Shown here piece after piece: positions 1 through 8,914 of a stretch of DNA of 64,000 nt. The notes under the pieces are model-generated. The model saw only the letters and a list, made by a program, of their open reading frames with translations, was not told the DNA's origin and ran no database searches. Numbering within the stretch: position 1 is the stretch's first letter; each line of letters opens with the position of its first letter. The DNA is from Thermoproteota archaeon. GTDB lineage: Archaea; Thermoproteota; Thermoprotei; Gearchaeales; Gearchaeaceae. Both the position numbers and the translations under genes were made by a program. The stretch is from the NCBI GenBank assembly GCA_041640715.1, contig JBEPZU010000002.1, positions 7,198 to 71,197 of the forward strand, written 5' to 3'.

Positions 1-511
1 AAAGTGTGGCCAATATTCCAAAGATGAAGAATTTAACCGTTGCTTCTAGAGAAAAGTATTCTCTTTTGAACTGAGCTACAAGAGCATATGCTGGGAATAA
101 GCTGCTCTCGATCGCTATGAACAATATTAAAAGATCTCTTGCTGAAACTACCATGAGAGATGAAGCCAGAGAAATCAAAAGCAAAGGTTGAGCTTCTCTC
201 CTTGCAATGTTTTCGCTCATAGCTGCTAAAGTTACTAGACCACCGATGATCATCGCTATCCATGAAATGAAGGAAAAACGATCGCTTGCAACAAGACCGT
301 TGTAAAGTAGTACATTTATGTTCAGATACAAAAAGTATATCGAAATGAACAATGAGAGTAACATTGAGCTATAGGATATCGCTTTTGCTATCTTAAATCT
401 CCTGAGTAAGTTAGCGGTTGCTACTAAGATAGAAGCAAGCAAAAGTATGAAGAAAGGAGAGAAATAATAAAGTAAACTCTTAATTTCTTCAAAATTAGTT
501 TCTGCACCCAT
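1..511 (-). CDS. nuoN: Complex I-like antiporter subunit, NuoN-type (partial, runs off left edge; missing from ORF track)
   Basis: Hand translation from ATG at 511 (1 nt after nuoK stop): MGAETNFEEIKSLLYYFSPFFILLL...ARDLLILFIAIESSLFPAYALVAQFKREYFSLEATVKFFIFGILATL, open to the window edge. Matches the NuoN/MrpD pattern DL..lF.a.E...Y.L...EA..K.FI.G. Confidence 0.8.
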   Translation of the reverse strand, partial: MGAETNFEEIKSLLYYFSPFFILLLASILVATANLLRRFKIAKAISYSSMLLSLFISIYFLYLNINVLLYNGLVASDRFSFISWIAMIIGGLVTLAAMSENIARREAQPLLLISLASSLMVVSARDLLILFIAIESSLFPAYALVAQFKREYFSLEATVKFFIFGILATL

Positions 512-512
512 C

Positions 513-818
513 TCAACTTACCTCATCTTTTAGTTTCCTTATTTCGAAAATGTCTACGCTTTGATAGGTTCTATCCATTTCTATAGCTATGGCTAGTCCT
601 AGAGCTACTTCCATGGCTAGGATTATTATTACTATTAATCCTAAAACTTCTCCCAAAGCTCCTTTAATCGTAGCTAATGCTCCTATACTCAATATGACTG
701 CGCTCATCGCTATCTCTACTGATATTATTATTCTTATCAAATGTCTTCTTGCTAAAATACCGTATATACCTATCAAGAACAAAGGTAGTACTGCTATTAG
801 GGCTATAGTTCCGTTCAT
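513..818 (-). CDS. nuoK: NADH-quinone oxidoreductase-like subunit K
   Basis: 101 aa, 3 TM, ISVEIAM and LAMEVALGLAI motifs; ATGA-type overlap with nuoJ. Confidence 0.88.
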   Translation of the reverse strand: MNGTIALIAVLPLFLIGIYGILARRHLIRIIISVEIAMSAVILSIGALATIKGALGEVLGLIVIIILAMEVALGLAIAIEMDRTYQSVDIFEIRKLKDEVS

Positions 819-1309
819 TTTTCTTCACTCGCTATATATATTGACCCTAAGTAAATCGCAAGAGCTGCTACCGCTAAAAACACCAAGGCTAAACCGTAAT
901 TGTTGAAGAGATAAGTTGTTATGATGGATAAGTCTGAAGTAAAAACTATATTAATACTTGCCTTGTTAGAAATCAGCAACGCCGCTATCAAGGCGATTAG
1001 TAGAAATGAGTTGATGATTGCTATGAGGGAAATCCTTCTAGTAGGAGGTATATCTATAACAGGTCTTGTGAGCATTGCAGCAAATATTATTAAGACTAAA
1101 ACTCCTCCTGCGTTTATAAAGAGATACATAAGCGCCAAAAACCAAGCTCCTAGTTGTATTAAAGCCCAAGCACTTGCTACATACATCCCTATTAAGAATG
1201 CTACAGAATACAGTATATCTCTAGTTTTTATGGCCATATAAGAGAAGAATGTAGCCCAAGCAATAGCAGTTAAATAAAGCAAAGTATTTAGGTCTAAATT
1301 CAATTCCAT
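815..1309 (-). CDS. nuoJ: NADH-quinone oxidoreductase-like subunit J
   Basis: 164 aa, 5 TM, LGAWFLALMYLFINAGGVLVLIIFAAML resembles the NuoJ TM3 motif (Y/N-x-G-x-x-x-V-L); upstream of nuoK. Confidence 0.85.
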   Translation of the reverse strand: MELNLDLNTLLYLTAIAWATFFSYMAIKTRDILYSVAFLIGMYVASAWALIQLGAWFLALMYLFINAGGVLVLIIFAAMLTRPVIDIPPTRRISLIAIINSFLLIALIAALLISNKASINIVFTSDLSIITTYLFNNYGLALVFLAVAALAIYLGSIYIASEEK

Positions 1310-1400
1310 TTTTAGGCATATATCGCTAGTGTAGAATTTATATTTTACTTAATATAACGTGGAACGACTTGACAAAGATCGGATTAAATTTTTAAGACAC

Positions 1401-1417
1401 ATATAACACTGTTATAT
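1401..1417. promoter_or_regulatory. Perfect inverted repeat ATATAAC-act-GTTATAT, candidate operator at the rhodanese promoter
   Basis: Read directly from sequence; lies between a TATA-like tract (about 1387-1395) and the ATG at 1420; an extra half-site ATATAAC at 1352-1358. Confidence 0.5.
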
Positions 1418-1419
1418 TA

Positions 1420-2286
1420 ATGGGCGAGGAGGAGAAATTTAAGGAATACGCTAACCCCGATGTGCTCGTGAGTACACAATGGGTTCAAGAACATCTACAA
1501 GATCCAAGCATTAGGATAGTCGAAGTAGACTACGATCCTACTTCGAATTATTATTTAGGCCATATTCCAGGTGCTGTTCTTTTCGATTGGAAGAAAGATT
1601 TGAACCATCCTGTTATTAGAGATATATTAAGCAAGGAGCAACTTGAAGAGCTCTTCTCAAGAAATGGGATTTCTAATGATACAACGATAATATTATATGG
1701 CGATTATAACAATTGGTTTGCTGCTTTCGCTTTCTGGATATTCAAATACTATGGGGTTGAGAAGGTTAAAATTATGGATGGTGGGAGAAAGAAATGGATA
1801 TTAGAAAATAGGCCTTTGACGACTGAGATTCCTTCCTATCCTAGGGCTGTTTTTAAAGCTAAGGAACCTGATGAAACGATAAGGGTGTATCTTGACTATG
1901 TCATCATCGCTCGTAATATGAAAGATAAGGTCTTAATAGACGTGAGAAGCCCTAAGGAGTTTACCGGAGAGATATTAGCGCCGCCTGAATATCCAACCGA
2001 AGCGGCTCAAAGAGGAGGCCACATACCTGGAGCTATAAACATACCTTGGGCTTTAGCAGTTAGAGAGGAGGACGGTACATTTAAAAGCAGGAGAGAGCTA
2101 GAAGAATTATATAGAAGCCGGGGCGTGGTCCCAGAGAAAGAGGTCATAACTTATTGCAGAATAGCAGAAAGAGCATCCCATACTTGGTTCGTGCTCAAAT
2201 ATTTGTTAGGATATCCAAACGTGAAACTCTACGATGGTTCTTGGTCTGAGTGGGGCAACGCTGTCAAATTACCAATAGAAAAGTAA
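1420..2286 (+). CDS. Two-domain rhodanese / thiosulfate sulfurtransferase (CysA/SseA type)
   Basis: [19 protein letters not shown], active-site loop [11 protein letters not shown]-terminal LYDGSWSEW signature. Confidence 0.93.
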   Translation: MGEEEKFKEYANPDVLVSTQWVQEHLQDPSIRIVEVDYDPTSNYYLGHIPGAVLFDWKKDLNHPVIRDILSKEQLEELFSRNGISNDTTIILYGDYNNWFAAFAFWIFKYYGVEKVKIMDGGRKKWILENRPLTTEIPSYPRAVFKAKEPDETIRVYLDYVIIARNMKDKVLIDVRSPKEFTGEILAPPEYPTEAAQRGGHIPGAINIPWALAVREEDGTFKSRRELEELYRSRGVVPEKEVITYCRIAERASHTWFVLKYLLGYPNVKLYDGSWSEWGNAVKLPIEK

Positions 2287-2294
2287 TTTATTTT

Positions 2295-2960
2295 TTATTT
2301 GATTTTTTTCACTATTATATGATGTAATCCATTCTCTTTTTTATGTTCAACGAATTTTTGGCCTGTCTGATCCTGCCATCTCATCGCCTCTAATTTAGCC
2401 AAAGGATCATCAGTTACGACGTGCACAACTGTTCCTATTTCGACCTTAGAAAAGAGTTCATTGATTTTAGCTAATACTGCAGAACATTCCACCCCTATTT
2501 CAATGAACTCATAGTCTGGGAATTCTGAAAAGCACTTAATCCTAAATTTTTTAATGTTTTCTGTAATTCTTTCTTTTATTTCTTCTATTCTTTTATAATT
2601 TAAATTATCAAGGCTTTCTAAAGGTAGTAACTTAGCTATCCAACCACTTCCATAAGGATCCTTGTTCAAAAGAATAGGTCTATTCACGATTTCTTGATTA
2701 ATATCGATGATTTCGCATTGTATTGGAGACTTAACTACGGTGAAGCTTCTAAAAGATTCTAAAGAACATATAATCTCGTTCTTTCCCATCTTTCTCGAGC
2801 TCATGTATCTTATTATCGTAAATTTGCCTAGGAACCATGCCAAAAGCGATGTAATTCCAATTGTTATCGAATTCCTTTCTATTTTAATCCAAGTGTTCCC
2901 TTCTAGGTCGTATAATAAGGCGCTCGGGAAATAGCAATCTTCTATTCTATCTATATTCAA
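2295..2960 (-). CDS. LbpA/GcvH-like domain (lipoyl Lys replaced by Arg) fused to a C-terminal TusA/SirA-like domain
   Basis: N-terminal H-protein fold motifs (LLY..NTW, TIGIT, ESFR at the ESxK site, NKDPYGSGWI); C-terminal GVEC...VVTDDP..W...G.. TusA pattern; 14-nt overlap with nuoI. Confidence 0.8.
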   Translation of the reverse strand: MNIDRIEDCYFPSALLYDLEGNTWIKIERNSITIGITSLLAWFLGKFTIIRYMSSRKMGKNEIICSLESFRSFTVVKSPIQCEIIDINQEIVNRPILLNKDPYGSGWIAKLLPLESLDNLNYKRIEEIKERITENIKKFRIKCFSEFPDYEFIEIGVECSAVLAKINELFSKVEIGTVVHVVTDDPLAKLEAMRWQDQTGQKFVEHKKENGLHHIIVKKIK

Positions 2961-3378
2961 GTTCCTGGACTCTTGTAACTCTTTTTTGATCTAGGTACAG
3001 GTCTTCTCTCTTGAAGCCTACTATGCTAACCACATGCGTATGGTATATCGCGCCTGGAGGACAATAATCAACACATAAACCACAGTACATGCAGTGTTGT
3101 AGATCTATTTCAGGTATCATTGCAGGTTTCCCTTTTTCATAAGGGACCATGAATATGCATGTATTAGGACAAACTTTAGCGCATATTCCGCATCCTACGC
3201 ATAATTGATCATCTACTTCCAAGGTTCCTCTAAATCTCTCAGGGAAATATATAGTTTTAGTAGGGTATTCGATCGTAGGTCTTTTTAAAAACACATATTT
3301 TGTAACGGTGAAGAATGCTTTCAATGGTCCTATTATCGTTCTCCTAAGAGTCTTGATGAGTTTTACTTCTTTATGCAC
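2947..3378 (-). CDS. nuoI: Complex I-like subunit I (2x[4Fe-4S])
   Basis: TIEYP, RFRG, CVGCGICAKVCP and CMYCGLCVDYCP; GTG start. Confidence 0.92.
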   Translation of the reverse strand: MHKEVKLIKTLRRTIIGPLKAFFTVTKYVFLKRPTIEYPTKTIYFPERFRGTLEVDDQLCVGCGICAKVCPNTCIFMVPYEKGKPAMIPEIDLQHCMYCGLCVDYCPPGAIYHTHVVSIVGFKREDLYLDQKRVTRVQELEYR

Positions 3379-3411
3379 TTCATTATTACTTCTTAGATGC
3401 TAAATATAAGC

Positions 3412-4509
3412 TTAGCTGAGCAGATTTATTGAGATCGCATAATATTTTACTAAGAAAACTAGAATTAAGTTGAAAACTGATAGAGGTAATAGCTTAGTCC
3501 AGCTTAAGCTTAATAACTGATCTATTCTATAGCGAGGAAGCGCTGCCCTTATTATTATATATAAGAACATGAAAAAGTATGTTTTGATCATTAACCAGAA
3601 GGGTCCGCTCATTGGTGATAAGATTCCTGGTAACTGGGGTCCTAACCAGCCCCCGAAGAATAGTATTGCTAGTAAAGTAGCGCTTACGAAGGCTCTTACG
3701 TACATTCCCATGATCAATAAAAGGAAAGGAGAAGCACTATACTCAGTGTTCCAACCTGCTATTATCTCTGATTCTGCATCAGGTATATCGAAAGGCGTCC
3801 TTTCAGCTTCAGCTATTGCAGTTATCAAAAAAAGTATGAAGGTAAGCGGTGCTAAAAATATCAGCCATATTTGCTTTTGTTTCTCGACGATTTCATATAA
3901 ATTCAAGGTTCCTGTAAGAACCACAACTGCGGCCACAGAAAGTAACAAGGGTATTTCGAAGCTTAGGAGCTGAGCTGCTGCCCTAAATCCTCCTATTATG
4001 CTATATTTATTGTTGCTTATCCATCCTGTGAGTAGTATTAATATTGGATTAAAGCTTAGGATTACGAAAATCAAGAGTAAACCTATGTCGAAATAACTCG
4101 ATACTATTGCATGTCTAAGAAGTCCGATCCAATTTATGAAAGGCTCCAACACTAATAGAGTATTTACCACCACGTAATCGTAGGGCATGATGATGATCAA
4201 TAAAAGTGAAATGGCTGTTACTAAAATAGGCATTGAAAGGAAAGCAAACTTATTAGCTTTTGCAGGAACTATTATTTCCTTATTTAAGATTTTGATGAAG
4301 TCTGCTATTAGTTGAAGTATTCCCCATTTGCCTACATAAGTAGGCCCCATCCTTTGCATCGTTCTAGCCCATATTTTCCTTTCAAGATAAATAAAAACTA
4401 TGACATTTACGAGTACTAGGACCAGAGCGAATAGCATCGCTAAGCCAGCTTTTATAATATCTAGCAAAAGCAGATTTGAAGTAATGAAGGGAAATATTCC
4501 TTCCATCAT
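3412..4509 (-). CDS. nuoH: Complex I-like subunit H
   Basis: ERKIWARTMQRMGP, GILQLIADFIKILNKE, AEAERTPFDIPDAESEIIAGWNTEYS, PRYRIDQLL. Confidence 0.95.
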   Translation of the reverse strand: MMEGIFPFITSNLLLLDIIKAGLAMLFALVLVLVNVIVFIYLERKIWARTMQRMGPTYVGKWGILQLIADFIKILNKEIIVPAKANKFAFLSMPILVTAISLLLIIIMPYDYVVVNTLLVLEPFINWIGLLRHAIVSSYFDIGLLLIFVILSFNPILILLTGWISNNKYSIIGGFRAAAQLLSFEIPLLLSVAAVVVLTGTLNLYEIVEKQKQIWLIFLAPLTFILFLITAIAEAERTPFDIPDAESEIIAGWNTEYSASPFLLLIMGMYVRAFVSATLLAILFFGGWLGPQLPGILSPMSGPFWLMIKTYFFMFLYIIIRAALPRYRIDQLLSLSWTKLLPLSVFNLILVFLVKYYAISINLLS

Positions 4510-5621
4510 CTATCTATTTCACCCAAACAAGGGTCAAATGAGCCTAAGATAGCGTATAGATCAGCTACCTTTGAGCCTTTTATTATCTTAGGTAGGCTCA
4601 TGACATGAATATATGCTGGGCTTCTTATCTTTACTCTATATGGCTTAGGGCTTCCATCGCTTACTACCATAAAACCACATTCGCCACGCGAATCTTCTAC
4701 ATAACCGTAACCTATTCCAGGAGGAGGATACAATAAAGCTCTATGTTGATAAGGTCCTGAAGGAATTCTTTTCAGACATTGCCTCACTATGCTTATGCTC
4801 TGCTTTATTTCTTCAACTCTTACGTAAAATCTGTCGAATGTATCTCCCTTCTTTCCAGTAGGGATATCAAAATCTAAGGTTTCGTATACAGCATAAGGCT
4901 CATCTCTTCTCAAATCTCTTTTAACTCCGCATGCCCTTAGCATAGGTCCAGTCCAACCTAGTTCTATAGCTTTAGAAGCACTTACTGGTGCAACATCTAC
5001 AGTTCTGCTAAGGAACACTGGATTGTCATAAATGATTTTTTCATAGTCAGCTAGGTTTTTTTCTACATAGTTCAAAGCCTTATTGGCATAATCCTCGAAG
5101 TTCTGCGGAAGATCATATCTAACTCCTCCTACTCTGAAAAATCCAAAGGTCATTCTTTGACCGCTCATCATCTCAAGCATGTCTATTATCCTATCTCTAT
5201 CTCTTAATCCCCAAGAAAACAATGTAAATAATCCTACATCTGCACAGAATGCAGCCAACCAAACCAGGTGACTTGCTATTCTTTGTAGCTCGCATGCTAT
5301 TACTCTAATCCATTCTGCTCTTTCTGGTACCTTAGCGTCCATGATTTCTTCTACAGCTTTTACAAACCCATATTCCCAAAACATACCGCTAACATAACAA
5401 AGCCTGTTGAGATAAACTGGAATTTGGAAGTAGTTTCTAAGTTCACAAAGCTTCTCTATGCCTCTGTGAATATAACCTAACTTTACATCCGCGTTTATTA
5501 TCACCTCGCCCTCTACTGTTATTATTATATCCATAGGTCCATGTGTGGCAGGATGTTGTGGACCTACGTTTATAATTAATTGCCTTACTTCTCTCCCCTT
5601 TACCTCTTTAACTTCTACCAT
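4506..5621 (-). CDS. nuoD: Complex I-like subunit D (no complete NiFe motifs; retains Cys75 and Cys365)
   Basis: GPQHPATHG, GYIHRGIEK, RLCY, EDSRGE, PYRVKIRSP, C-terminal DPCLGEIDR. Confidence 0.95.
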   Translation of the reverse strand: MVEVKEVKGREVRQLIINVGPQHPATHGPMDIIITVEGEVIINADVKLGYIHRGIEKLCELRNYFQIPVYLNRLCYVSGMFWEYGFVKAVEEIMDAKVPERAEWIRVIACELQRIASHLVWLAAFCADVGLFTLFSWGLRDRDRIIDMLEMMSGQRMTFGFFRVGGVRYDLPQNFEDYANKALNYVEKNLADYEKIIYDNPVFLSRTVDVAPVSASKAIELGWTGPMLRACGVKRDLRRDEPYAVYETLDFDIPTGKKGDTFDRFYVRVEEIKQSISIVRQCLKRIPSGPYQHRALLYPPPGIGYGYVEDSRGECGFMVVSDGSPKPYRVKIRSPAYIHVMSLPKIIKGSKVADLYAILGSFDPCLGEIDR

Positions 5622-6049
5622 TTGTAATCTTTCCTAAGCGGATGTCCTACCCAATGTTCGGGCAATAAAATCCTTCTAAGATCTGGGTTTCCTTCAAAAT
5701 AAACTCCCATGAGATCAAAGGTTTCTCTTTCGTGGAATAGAGCTCCCTCCCACACTTCACAGAGAGAAGGTATTCTAGGATCGTCCCTATCTATCAAAGT
5801 ACCTACGATGACCAATCCTTTACCTTCTAGCTTTCTACAAATGAACATCACTTCTATTGAATTCAATCTATCCACAGCAGTAACAGCAGATAATAGAACA
5901 AACCCTGCATCCTTAAGCCTTTTAGCAGAATCTATCCATTTCTCTTTGGGTATTTTAGCATAATACTTGTATTTGTAAATCTTAAATATCTCTGCGTAAG
6001 GTAAAATGGATTTGATCTCTTTTTCTAATTCTTCGCTCATACTCGCCAA
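5615..6049 (-). CDS. nuoC: Complex I-like subunit C
   Basis: LSAVTAVD, ALFHERETFDLMGVYFEGNPDLRRILLP..GHPLRKD. Confidence 0.93.
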   Translation of the reverse strand: MASMSEELEKEIKSILPYAEIFKIYKYKYYAKIPKEKWIDSAKRLKDAGFVLLSAVTAVDRLNSIEVMFICRKLEGKGLVIVGTLIDRDDPRIPSLCEVWEGALFHERETFDLMGVYFEGNPDLRRILLPEHWVGHPLRKDYKW

Positions 6050-6585
6050 TCTTCCTTTATAATAGGTACACCAGATTTAGGTAAAAATTTCTTTCTTGTC
6101 TCTCCTTTGAGTATTTTTTCTTCAAGCTTTATTATTCCTTCTATTAATGCCTCAGGTCTAGGAGGACAACCAGGTATATATACATCAACAGGTATTATTT
6201 GATCTGCTCCGTCTATGACACTATACATTCCTTTCCAAGGACCTCCGCAAATTGAACATTCGCCAGTGGCTATAACATATTTTGGTTCTGCCATTTGCTC
6301 GTAGAGTGTTTTAACTACAGGTGCAAGTCTTTGTGAAATTGGCCCTGTTATTATCATCAAATCGCATTGTCTTGGGCTATTTCTAGGAAGGACTCCGAAC
6401 CTCTCAAAATCATAATTCGAAGCCCCTGCCACCATCATATCTTCTATAGCACAACATTTTATTCCAAAAACTAGCAACCAAAGTGAATTGCGATTTCCCC
6501 ATACTAATAGTTTGTTTACAAAAGGAAGTTTCCTAGGATTTACTAACCATATTTTTAAATCTTGCCAAATATTGAGGCTTTTCAT
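6037..6585 (-). CDS. nuoB: Complex I-like subunit B (N2 cluster)
   Basis: CCAIE, SPRQCD, YEQMAEPKYVIATGECSICGG, PVDVYIPGCPPRPE. Confidence 0.95.
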   Translation of the reverse strand: MKSLNIWQDLKIWLVNPRKLPFVNKLLVWGNRNSLWLLVFGIKCCAIEDMMVAGASNYDFERFGVLPRNSPRQCDLMIITGPISQRLAPVVKTLYEQMAEPKYVIATGECSICGGPWKGMYSVIDGADQIIPVDVYIPGCPPRPEALIEGIIKLEEKILKGETRKKFLPKSGVPIIKEDWRV

Positions 6586-6661
6586 AGATCTATAGAGGGA
6601 TAGTAAGACATGAGTTATTTATTCTTTCTCCTATAATGATTTGAGGCTATTAAAAGTACCA

Positions 6662-7018
6662 TCATACCCAACGTAGCATTCCTCTCTTAAGGGTATAAGC
6701 TATACTGAACAGAGTGACTAATAATAATGCTGAAACGCCTAACAAACTAGTCATCGTAAATTCGATCGACCTTATGGCCCATATAAGAATTAATATAGCT
6801 ACGATATCTGCTATCAGATATGCGATTCCATAAATATAATATTGTACGCTCATTCTGACCTGAGCTTCTCCTAACAATTCTTCGCCGCATTCATAAGGAG
6901 ATAGCTTTAATTCTGATTTCTTGGATTTATGGGACAGTTTGTAATTAAGAAAGATAGTTATCAACGCAAATCCAATCGAGATTAGTAGGGCTATCGCTAG
7001 TGCGGTGAAAATAAACAT
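6662..7018 (-). CDS. nuoA: Complex I-like subunit A
   Basis: PYECG, QYYIYGIAYLIADIV. Start moved from 7078 to the ATG at 7018 because a TATA-like element lies about 25 nt upstream (7040-7048). Confidence 0.88.
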   Translation of the reverse strand: MFIFTALAIALLISIGFALITIFLNYKLSHKSKKSELKLSPYECGEELLGEAQVRMSVQYYIYGIAYLIADIVAILILIWAIRSIEFTMTSLLGVSALLLVTLFSIAYTLKRGMLRWV

Positions 7019-7212
7019 AAGATATCTTACGCGAACTTTTTTATATACTTTTCTCAGATAATTATTGTTATTCTTCATATAAATGTATATAAATTTATAA
7101 ATTTGGATAAATTAACCGCAATTATATTTAACTCTATTATAATCGGTGTTTTATGGTATTTTTGAAATGTTAGAGGTAATAAACCTTATAAATCTGTAGA
7201 ATATACTTTTAC

Positions 7213-8913
7213 GTGGATAAGATAAGAGCTGATGTAATAGTAATCGGAGGCGGAGCTGCTGGATTAAGAGCCGCTATCGAAGTTGCAAGCTTTAATCCTA
7301 AACTAGAGATAGCCTTGATTTCAAAGGTATATCCTATGAGGAGTCATACAGTCTCAGCCGAAGGAGGAACGGCCGCTGTTCTTAAAGAATATGATAGTTT
7401 TGATTTACATGCTTTTGATACAGTAAAAGGTAGCGATTTCTTAGCCGATCAAGATGCTGTTGAACTTTTTGTTAAACAAGCTCCTGTTGAGCTTTTGAAT
7501 TTAGAGAAATGGGGATGTCCTTGGAATAGAGATGAGAAAGGCAGAATGGAAGCGAGAGCATTCGGAGGAATGAGCGTGAAAAGGACTTTTTTTGCAGCAG
7601 ATAAAACAGGTTTTTACATACTTCATTCTCTTTTTCAAAGATCTTTGATTTATGATAACATCAAGAGGTATGATGAATGGTTTGTGACCTCATTGATAGT
7701 CGAACAAGGAAGGTTCAAGGGATTGACAGCCATAGAAATAAAGACAGGAAATTTGCACTATTTTGAAGGAAAGGCTGCAATAATATGTACAGGAGGAGTA
7801 GGTCAGCTCTATAAGAATACTACGAATGGAACTATAAACACAGGAGATGGCATGGCTTTCGCATATAGAGCAGGAGCACCGTTAAAGGATATGGAATTCA
7901 TTCAATTCCATCCTACAGGCCTTCCGGGAAAAGGTTTATTGATAACCGAAGCTGCTAGGGGCGAAGGGGGATACTTGCTCAATAATAAATATGAAAGATT
8001 CATGAAAAAATATGCTCCTGAAAAATTAGAACTTGCTTCACGTGATGTTGTATCTAGGGCTATAATTGGTGAGATCAAAGAAGGAAGGGGATTCACGGGT
8101 AAGTATGGAGAGTATGTTGGGTTAGATATAAGACATCTAGGTAAGGAATTCATAGAGAAAAGACTTCCTACAGTTAAAGAAATGGCTGAGAAGTATGTTG
8201 GTGTAGATCCGTTGCATGAGTTAATACCTGTTAGGCCAGTAATGCATTATATAATGGGAGGTATTCATACGAATAAATATGGAGAGACGCCCATAGCAGG
8301 ATTATATGCTGCGGGGGAAGCAGCATGTGTTAGTATTAACGGCGCAAACAGGCTCGGGTCAAATTCTTTATCAGAATGCTTAGTTTTCGGGGCTTTGGCT
8401 GGAAGACAGGCTGCAATTTTCGCTTCAAATCATGATTTCAGAGAAGTTTTAAGAGAAGAAGTTCTAAAAGAAGAGCATCGAATTTTCGAAGTTATTTTGA
8501 AGAAAGAAAACGGAATTCCTTATTCTGAAATTTTATATGAGTTAAAGAACACGATGGAAGAAAAAGTAGGAGTGATAAGAAACGGAAAGGAACTTCAAGA
8601 AGCTTATTCTACGATAATTAAATTAAAAGAGAAATTTAAAGGAGTCTCTGTTGTGGATAAAAGTAGAATATACAATACAGATTTTATACAAGTATTAGAG
8701 TTGGATTTTATGTTAGACTTGGCTGAAACTATTACTTATTCTGCATTGAAGAGAAAAGAATCTAGGGGTGCACATTATAGGACGGATTACCCAGAAAGAG
8801 ACGATAAAAATTGGCTTGTCCATCAGCTTGTATATAAGACTGAAGGTGAACCTACAATAGAACTTTTACCTGTAGTTATAACTAAATGGAAGCCAGCTGA
8901 AAGAAAATATTGA
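7213..8913 (+). CDS. frdA: Fumarate reductase/succinate dehydrogenase flavoprotein subunit
   Basis: GGGAAG, covalent-FAD motif RSHTVSAEGG, QFHPTG, EAARGEGG, RDVVSRA, HYIMGG, GANRLGSNSL, ESRGAH. Confidence 0.95.
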   Translation: MDKIRADVIVIGGGAAGLRAAIEVASFNPKLEIALISKVYPMRSHTVSAEGGTAAVLKEYDSFDLHAFDTVKGSDFLADQDAVELFVKQAPVELLNLEKWGCPWNRDEKGRMEARAFGGMSVKRTFFAADKTGFYILHSLFQRSLIYDNIKRYDEWFVTSLIVEQGRFKGLTAIEIKTGNLHYFEGKAAIICTGGVGQLYKNTTNGTINTGDGMAFAYRAGAPLKDMEFIQFHPTGLPGKGLLITEAARGEGGYLLNNKYERFMKKYAPEKLELASRDVVSRAIIGEIKEGRGFTGKYGEYVGLDIRHLGKEFIEKRLPTVKEMAEKYVGVDPLHELIPVRPVMHYIMGGIHTNKYGETPIAGLYAAGEAACVSINGANRLGSNSLSECLVFGALAGRQAAIFASNHDFREVLREEVLKEEHRIFEVILKKENGIPYSEILYELKNTMEEKVGVIRNGKELQEAYSTIIKLKEKFKGVSVVDKSRIYNTDFIQVLELDFMLDLAETITYSALKRKESRGAHYRTDYPERDDKNWLVHQLVYKTEGEPTIELLPVVITKWKPAERKY

Positions 8914-8914
8914 G

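Noticed and set aside
33-263. 76-aa minus-strand ORF in the track
   Set aside because: It is an off-frame shadow inside the longer NuoN-type frame (start 511) that runs off the window edge.
2295-2960. Ordinary glycine cleavage H protein
   Set aside because: There is no lipoyl Lys, it has LbpA-type cysteines and a TusA fusion, and no gcvT/gcvP is nearby.
4506-5621. Group 4 [NiFe]-hydrogenase large subunit
   Set aside because: Only one Cys remains in each of the two CxxC motifs, so it cannot bind a NiFe centre; the quinone-site His and Tyr are present.
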